A DNA stretch of 64,000 nt from Girardia tigrina (taxonomy: Eukaryota), in NCBI GenBank assembly GCA_001938485.1, contig MQRK01222855.1:1-64000 (forward strand), in the 5' to 3' direction. Positions 57,901 through 64,000 of this stretch are shown piece after piece (the stretch's first letter is position 1; each line of letters opens with the position of its first letter). Below the pieces are notes generated by a model that had not been told where the DNA came from, did not search any database, and saw only the letters and a program-made list of their open reading frames with translations. The position numbers and the translations under genes are program-made.

Positions 57901-60900
57901 ATAAACAAAAAGGCAACGAAAGCAGAACAAACAATAAACCAAACTTATGAAGTTAACTTTAATGGACTTAAGACAGATACATCAAGATCAGAAAAGATTA
58001 TTTCGAGTTGTTTGACAATTCTAAAATTGGAGGGCTAAAACGCATGGACGAAGATGATTGTCAGTCGACTCGTGAATTTTGAAAGCGGCTTAGATCTTCC
58101 CACTCAACTGTTCATCGAAAGAATATTTGTATGTCCTTTATTGCATGTCATCAAGAGAGATAATTTTGCCGTTATCGTAACATGTGATGAGAAATAGATT
58201 ATGCGTGACAATTCAGAACATAAACTAAAGAGGATAGACTCAATCACACAATCTCATTGACCCCAAAATGCAAACTATAATGTAATAAACTGCAATTGTG
58301 TATATGGTTGCATGTAAGAAAGTTCTCTACAATTAGCTGATGAAACCTGTTAAGACAGTCACTGTTGAAAGTTATGGAAATCAACGTTCAATGTTATGCG
58401 AGAAAATCGGAAAAATACGACAATTTTGTGGATTTATTTGACAAAACACCACATGTTGTTTTAGCAATGACAAAGAAAATCTTAGAACATTAAGGGAAAG
58501 TTTAACACTATCCATCTTTTCTTCTGACTTCAGACCAACAGATTTTCAGCATTTTAGGACTCTGCAACACATTGAACTGGTTAGCACTTCAATAATCGCG
58601 AATATTCAATAATTTATCGACTCTAAGTAATAAGCCTGTTTAAAGCGGGAAGTTCATTTTCTATCTGAAACATAAGGAAAGTATATCGATTCTAATGAGG
58701 AGAGTTTCACTGATTAAATATCTATAGGTCTTCCACAAATTCCTTATTAAATTCATACAAAAGAAGTAGGAATTTATGCACCACTCTAATATTAACATGA
58801 ATAAAATCAACCATTTTTACTTGCTTTCATTTATTTTTTTACGTTACATCAATGAATAAAAATTCAACGAACAACTGATTATAAAGTTTTATTTTAATAT
58901 TGTATGTAATAAATACATTAATTAAAATAAACACCTGAATATTTATATTTATTTCACACCATATTCAATTATTTTCATAATTAGAAATCTTATTTAAATA
59001 ACAAAAATAAGTTCACTTATAAGTAATAAACTTATCAATAACTTCTTAATTTTTCTGCATCATGTAGGAGGCACAAAACTGAAGCAAAACTTACTTGACA
59101 CAAACAAAAAGATGCTTCACACTTTTGACGTCATGTACTGCCCTTATCATTTCTTTTATCTCATATATTCCTTTCACTTGGTTAAGTCGCACTTCCTTTT
59201 TTATGTCCACATCGTCACAGCAATGTAACAATAATGCTTCCGTGATGCCCTTTTTTGACAAGTCATGTTTTAAATTCAGGACAGCAAGCTTTTCTACTTT
59301 CTCAAAGAATACTTCCGGTATATCTTCCTTCATCCTGTACCGGCATGCCTCAGTCAGGTCTTCGAATAGTGAGCAAGTTCGAGAGAATGCTTTTCTCAAT
59401 CGATCCTTATAACCCACTATTGTCTTATCGACCGCTTTGTTTTTTTCTTTCGGATCTCTATCCAATAAACAAATGACAATTGTCTCCTGTTTGGCCTTCG
59501 CTATTCCTGCAAAATTAAAAAATGTCTCACATTCTTCAATAAATGTCTCCAAATTGTCGCCTTTCCTGTATTTTTCAGGTAAAAGTTGACCCGTGAAGAT
59601 ATCCATTGCCGCGTTAGTCGCCATGTGAGAAATATTTGTAACGTCAATTTCCGAAATAATTTTAACTTAATTTTCAGTTCTAAATAATTTTTAAAACCAT
59701 TTAAATTTTGATCAGCGAACTAAATTAATTACCTCTTCATAGACCGAATTTAGTGCGAAAATAGTTCTAAAATCAATAACTTGAGCATTTATTAGAATAG
59801 TGTTCGTTCATTACGAAATAGTTAATCCCTTTAAGGTAAAATCACATTTACCCATAATTTAACATGAAAAGTGAAACTTATTTTTATTTTTAAAATATCT
59901 TAACCCCAAACTCTATACTCAAAAATATCATAAACATTATTTTCTCTATTTCTTCTTGCTTTTTGCAAAAAAAAGTCTGATTACAAATTTCGTCACTACT
60001 CAAAAGAAAACCGGAAGGCCGTATGTCATAGCTTCGCACTAAATTACAAAAATGACAAATCGTTCAGAAGAGACGACGCCATCGCTGCAGTTATTTTTGG
60101 GGAATCTACCATGGGTAGGACATAAAAATTACCACCACATTAAATCTGATTCGTCACGACGGAAAAACAATACGCTCGCATTTGTTACTGATTCGGTTCA
60201 AAATCCATTCACGGTCGAAAAGAATGTTCCGCAAGAGAAAAGTATTGTGAAAACTGCAACATTCAAATAGTTGGTAATATCTTCCAAATTACGTCAAAAA
60301 TATAAAAATTGACTGGTAAATTGAAAGTGGTAGCGAAGTTTCTCTTTTACATGAAGATATAGCTTGAAAAAGCGACATTAAAAACATAATTCCAACAAAT
60401 GAAAAGCTTCAGTCCATAAATTGGTCACTTATTAAAGTAATCGGCAAAGCTACAGTCGAAATTCACATCCCTGCCATTGCCAGTTTTCAACAGAAACCAT
60501 TATCATGAAAGGTATTTACGACACAGCAATCATAGGTATACATTCGCTTTCACAATTAAAAATGTTACAGCTCATCTCGGCAAAAATCTTCTTACTCTCA
60601 CATTTGGAGAAACCAACCAATCGCTGGTCATCAACACTACTATCGATATTACACTCGGCGTTGCCGCAAACGCAATTTCAATACGCTGTCCAAGAAAACG
60701 ATTGAGAGAAGACAATAAATAGATTAAAAGATGAAATTCAAAAGTTGTGCAATGATGGCTTCATTGTACCATCCAACTCTCCCTGGCGATCGTAAGTAGT
60801 GGTGGTACAACATCAAAACAGAAAATGTCGGATAGTAATTGATTGCTCCTCGACAATCAATAGATTCACTGAATTAAACGCCTTCCCTATATCATTAATA

Positions 60901-63232
60901 CCTGACGTAATCGAACCAATCCACAAAAACCACTACTTCAGCACTATTGATCTACAATCAGCTTACTATCAAGTATCACTACCTACTAGTCAACAAAATT
61001 TCACCACCTTTGAGGGTGATGATTCTTTATGACAATTCATAAGACTACCTTTTGGAGGGACACATGGCGTCCCAATTTTCTGTCTCATTAATTAAGAGAG
61101 CTCGGATGATTTACCATGGGAAGTTCTTTACTTCGATGACATTTGCACATGTGGTAAAAATATAGTAAGACATGATAACAACCTATAAAAGTTTTTAGAA
61201 CGCTCCACGAAGGTAGGTCTGCCATTTAATTCCCGTAAATGCAAATATAATATCGCTGAAATCTCATTTTCGGGGCATACTTTCAAATCAGGAAACATGA
61301 CAACTTCTTGACTTCCCAACCCTATCAAACTATAAACAACTTAAACTAATCGGTCTCTTAGTTTATTATTCGAAGTGGGTCAAAAAAAATTTTGGATATT
61401 GTTGCACCCCTATTTAAATGCAAAGGAAATAGAACCTGTCCCCCTCGACAGAATCTAAACAATCCATAGTGATTCTCGAAAAATATATAGCTAAATCATC
61501 TTCGACTGATAAGCTTTCGGATGGTAATAATTAATATAATTCTTCAAAAGCTTTGACAACTTCATGTGTCGGAACGAATGCAAGAGAATCATTCTTAATT
61601 TCAGTACGAAATCGGAATCTTTTTGGTAACGTTGTTGCGAACCATTCACTTGATTTTTGCGATGGATGTTCTGTGTAGATGAAAAAAGCATCCTTTCGTT
61701 TCACTATCTTTAGAAAATTCTTTCTAAACTGTTTATAACTGCCAATTCAAAATCAACCATTATGGTCATTGGCTTCAAATTAACAATAAGCCTATTTAAG
61801 GTCTGAAACAGTTTAATGTATGTTTCTTGTGTTTTATTTAGCATTAATGCATAAATACACGGAATGGTTCGCTCATTAACCAGTACATGAATCGTGTACG
61901 TTTGGAAAAAAGCAGGAGAGGTTTTGAAAATTCCATCCATAAATCAGCGAGATGTTCTTTTCAAAATTTTAAGTTAGTCGGATGTTCCAAAGATTATTAT
62001 TCTGCTTTTCTCATCTGTACCGGAATCAAACAGAAGGAAATGTTGGTCATCATGAGATACTTTTAAACGATCTGGAATATCGATTTCATTGACAATAAAA
62101 TGAATAAGTAATGGATATTTGATTGCTTGACGGGGACGTCTGACATTGCGACGCAAATGATTAACGGTCGATAATTTGGCTCCTGCATCTTCACTTATCG
62201 TTGAAAAGCACTGACTTGTAATTTGGTGCGCCGCTCCTTCAGTTAATTCATTAAGTCTTTAAATTTGTTCGACAACTTTAAGTATTTCTAGTTGAACTGC
62301 ATCTAGAACATGAGAATGATCCTTGAATCTTCCAAAAAATTCTTCGCCACGAAGTTTAATTTTAGCTTCACAATCAAACTCGCCGAAATTGTGGATCGAA
62401 GTGCAAGGATGCATTCGTACCCCCCAAAATGTTTTAATTATATTTAAAATTTATAAAAAAATAAAAATGAATTAAATTTGAAAAAACGAATCAAATTCAA
62501 ATTCCTATACTCCTATGCAAAAATAACATTATTTAATTTCATGTATTTATTCAGCGTTTAAATCAGTGTTTAAATACATATTTTTTGAAATCTCTAATGT
62601 GTTAAAAATTATTTTTTACACCCCCCAATGAAAATTTAAGGTTGCACCCCTGTTATCTCTTCATAAGAGTGTGTAATTTCTGCAATTATATAATTAGTAA
62701 TTTTTCCCGGTCTGCTTCTAAAATTGCCTCGTATTTTTACATTTAAATAAAACATACAATTAAATTAAAAAAAACTAATTTTTTATTGTAGTTGTATATG
62801 ACTTCATGAATTGTAATTCGTGAATGTTTTTTCTCTGATAATAAAATGGAAAATCGACGCATCTTTATGGGACATTTGAAGATTGTATTAATCTCATAAA
62901 ACAAACAAATTTTATATTTCCGAAGATTTTAATTTAACATAATTAGGAACACCTGATGAAAAAATGTGGCCTGGTGTTACAGCTTTGCCGGATTTTAAGA
63001 CTACTTTTCCGGTTTTTAAAAATCGATCTCTTTCAGATTTAAGCCTACCAAAAGATGCTGTCAATTTAATTACAGTAAACAATTTTTTCCGAGTATTAGA
63101 TAATATTATTTGTAGACCATGTTGTCGTATGTGCCTGAACATCGCGATAACCTAGCATCTCTTATTCAATACAAATTTGTTAGAGATCCGCCTATGCCAA
63201 TTTCAGTAAATAAACTGTTAAACATTAAATAA
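45880..63232 (+). CDS. CDK2: Cyclin-dependent kinase, divergent CDK2-like, 318 aa. Exons 45880-46001, 46090-46176, 51015-51174, 56019-56291, 56335-56404, 62947-63074, 63116-63232
   Basis: Complete 957-nt spliced ORF, all introns GT-AG and phase-compatible. Motifs: [73 protein letters not shown]. Confidence 0.92.
46090..46176 (+). CDS. CDK2: CDK exon 2 ([28 protein letters not shown])
   Basis: atcag acceptor, gtactt donor; PSTAIRE-like helix. Confidence 0.92.
47091..48686 (-). mobile_element. mariner element(s) spanning an assembly gap
   Basis: [19 protein letters not shown]-terminus and [27 protein letters not shown]-terminus; TA-flanked TIRs that differ between the two ends. Confidence 0.85.
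49280..49333 (-). ncRNA. Minimal type I hammerhead ribozyme (PLE-type)
   Basis: CUGACGA U GAUGG-UUAAA-CCAUC GAAA UUUA UA; imperfect stem I (AAUCA/UGAUU distal). Confidence 0.75.
49385..49530 (-). mobile_element. Gypsy-type gag 5' fragment
   Basis: [36 protein letters not shown]. Confidence 0.8.
49530..50818 (-). mobile_element. LTR-like unit (TGT...ACA) with ~30-bp terminal inverted repeats, containing a gap and a PLE insertion
   Basis: TGTAAGTAGCGTTTATGCCACCTTCATTAT at 49530 versus the reverse complement TGTAAGTGGCGTTTATGCCACTTTCATTAT at 50818; directly abuts TGGCG/gag. Confidence 0.6.
50118..50644 (-). mobile_element. Penelope-like element fragment (RT thumb plus internally deleted GIY-YIG) with 88-bp-arm 5' palindrome
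   Basis: [11 protein letters not shown]...LTVPYSEG...[29 protein letters not shown]; arms 50459-50546 and 50557-50644, with 2 mismatches. Confidence 0.85.
51015..51174 (+). CDS. CDK2: CDK exon 3 (LHEIIH...[11 protein letters not shown]...GLPVNFVK)
   Basis: aaag acceptor, gtaaat donor; hinge VFEY. Confidence 0.92.
51383..51800 (+). mobile_element. Tc1/mariner-like 5' remnant
   Basis: TA|GGGTGTTCCAAAAG end; [17 protein letters not shown] motif. Confidence 0.7.
52890..53900 (+). mobile_element. Degenerate non-LTR retrotransposon with restriction-like endonuclease (R2/NeSL-type)
   Basis: [24 protein letters not shown]...[17 protein letters not shown]. Confidence 0.78.
54533..55804 (+). mobile_element. 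Full-length degenerate mariner
   Basis: Matching TA-flanked TIRs (TTA(A/G)GTCA..AGTATGA.ATGCAT); degenerate FHDN and [13 protein letters not shown] motifs. Confidence 0.85.
56019..56291 (+). CDS. CDK2: CDK exon 4 ([12 protein letters not shown]-loop, APE, DIWSIGC)
   Basis: taaag acceptor, gtttta donor, 91 codons. Confidence 0.95.
56335..56404 (+). CDS. CDK2: CDK exon 5 ([23 protein letters not shown])
   Basis: Preceded by a 43-nt intron; gtagta donor in phase 1. Confidence 0.92.
56443..58786 (+). mobile_element. Degenerate mariner interrupted by an ITmD37E-like element
   Basis: TIRs TA|GGGTAGTGCATATTTCC and GGAATTTATGCACCACTC|TA; mariner motif IVTCDEK at ~58170. Confidence 0.7.
56600..57700 (-). 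mobile_element. ITmD37E/TRT-like transposase remnant
   Basis: [18 protein letters not shown] and VPKSAN...NPQCQPIEE motifs (ORF 56687-57352). Confidence 0.75.
59091..59624 (-). mobile_element. Gypsy-type gag ORF (177 aa, 3'-truncated)
   Basis: [23 protein letters not shown] gag-like N-terminus; three related copies in the window. Confidence 0.75.
60000..61480 (+). mobile_element. Degenerate Gypsy pol (RT)
   Basis: [35 protein letters not shown]. Confidence 0.9.
61490..62385 (-). mobile_element. Degenerate MULE/Mutator transposase
   Basis: [45 protein letters not shown]. Confidence 0.9.
62404..62652. mobile_element. hAT-like MITE
   Basis: CAAGGATGCA / TGCACCCCTG imperfect termini with internal CCCCCC motifs. 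Confidence 0.45.
62947..63074 (+). CDS. CDK2: CDK exon 6 ([22 protein letters not shown]...NLIT)
   Basis: aattag acceptor, gtaaac donor. Confidence 0.93.
63116..63232 (+). CDS. CDK2: CDK exon 7 ([10 protein letters not shown]...LLNIK*)
   Basis: Preceded by a 41-nt intron; subdomain XI Arg; TAA stop; AATAAA at 63272. Confidence 0.88.
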   Translation, partial: TMLSYVPEHRDNLASLIQYKFVRDPPMPISVNKLLNIK

Positions 63233-63484
63233 TTTTTTATATAATTGATTTGTTAATTTTATACTTTATTAAATAAATATGGTTCATTTATGTATTGAAT
63301 GTTTTTTTTAACTTATACACTTGAATTATGTAGGAGTCAAAACTTTATTCAAACATTTGAAACCTATTACTTTTGGAATGGTCTCAAGCTTTAAAAATAC
63401 AAATGTTTTTAGTTTAACTAGTAAATCAAAATATTTTTTATATCCATTCTTTATGCTGGCAGAACTCTACTTGGTCAAAAGAAT

Positions 63485-63775
63485 TTTGGTCAAAAGAATT
63501 CTGTGTTCTCGTTTTAAAAACTATTGGGAGAGGGTGGCCTGTGTAGCACTTTATATCAGATCTTTAGATCCTAAGATTAATGTGCAAACGGGTCTCTCGA
63601 AAACCCTATTAAGCGTGTTTAGATGACATAATAATNNATTGATGACATAATCACTGCTTGCCTATATAAGCAGATTTAAAATTCATTTCTTTCTTGAGAC
63701 CTGACGATGACGGTTATACCGTCGAAATTAATTGTCATAAAAAATAAATTTAATAAATGGCGTGTTTTTATTTAA
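63485..63775 (+). mobile_element. Penelope-like element 3' end (GIY-YIG tail plus pLTR)
   Basis: [30 protein letters not shown], then TATATAA, a hammerhead and AATAAA. Confidence 0.85.
63694..63741 (+). ncRNA. Minimal type I hammerhead ribozyme in the PLE pLTR
   Basis: UUGAGAC CUGACGA U GACGG-UUAUA-CCGUC GAAA UUUAAU U GUCAUAA: stem I, core, stem II and a near-palindromic stem III. Confidence 0.82.
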
Positions 63776-64000
63776 AAAGAATTTTTGTTATCTTTTCTAG
63801 AAGGGAAAATTACTATTATATTTACTTTTTTATTTTTACTTTTTTGCGTTTTATAAACTACTTATAATTTATAAGTAGATCTTTTTATATTAATATTGTT
63901 TAGGATCTCTGATTTGGACATTTTCCAATTCTGGGATCTTAGAAAGCTTTTTGATCAAATTTTCACATTATCATTTATTGTTATCAAGAATGAGTAAGTG

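Noticed and set aside
45880-63232. Alternative genetic code or stop-codon reassignment
   Set aside because: Both host genes translate cleanly with the standard code; in-frame stops occur only in decayed TEs.

Overview
AT-rich eukaryotic (probably invertebrate) genomic DNA with several assembly gaps. It holds two intron-rich host genes, arranged head-to-head, in a dense bed of decayed transposons. (1) A sestrin gene on the minus strand has 8 reconstructed coding exons from 40053 to 2305, a ~26.3-kb first intron, and its 3' end outside the window. (2) A complete, divergent CDK2-like kinase on the plus strand has 7 exons (45880-63232, 318 aa), a PASTIRE helix, and Cys in place of the activating T-loop Thr160. 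Introns and intergenic DNA carry hAT, Tc1/mariner, ITmD37E, pogo/Tigger, piggyBac, Zator, MULE and a possible Academ DNA transposon, plus RTE and RLE-type LINEs, Gypsy gag/pol/integrase remnants and Penelope-like elements (PLEs). Most notable: minimal hammerhead ribozymes with compensatory stem changes; PLE fragments whose truncated 5' ends fold back into hairpins; gag ORFs whose AUG straddles the apparent LTR end and PBS; an LTR-like unit with ~30-bp terminal inverted repeats; and a dense RFX X-box array in the sestrin intron. All calls were made by eye from the sequence; no database searches were run, and reference motifs are from memory.
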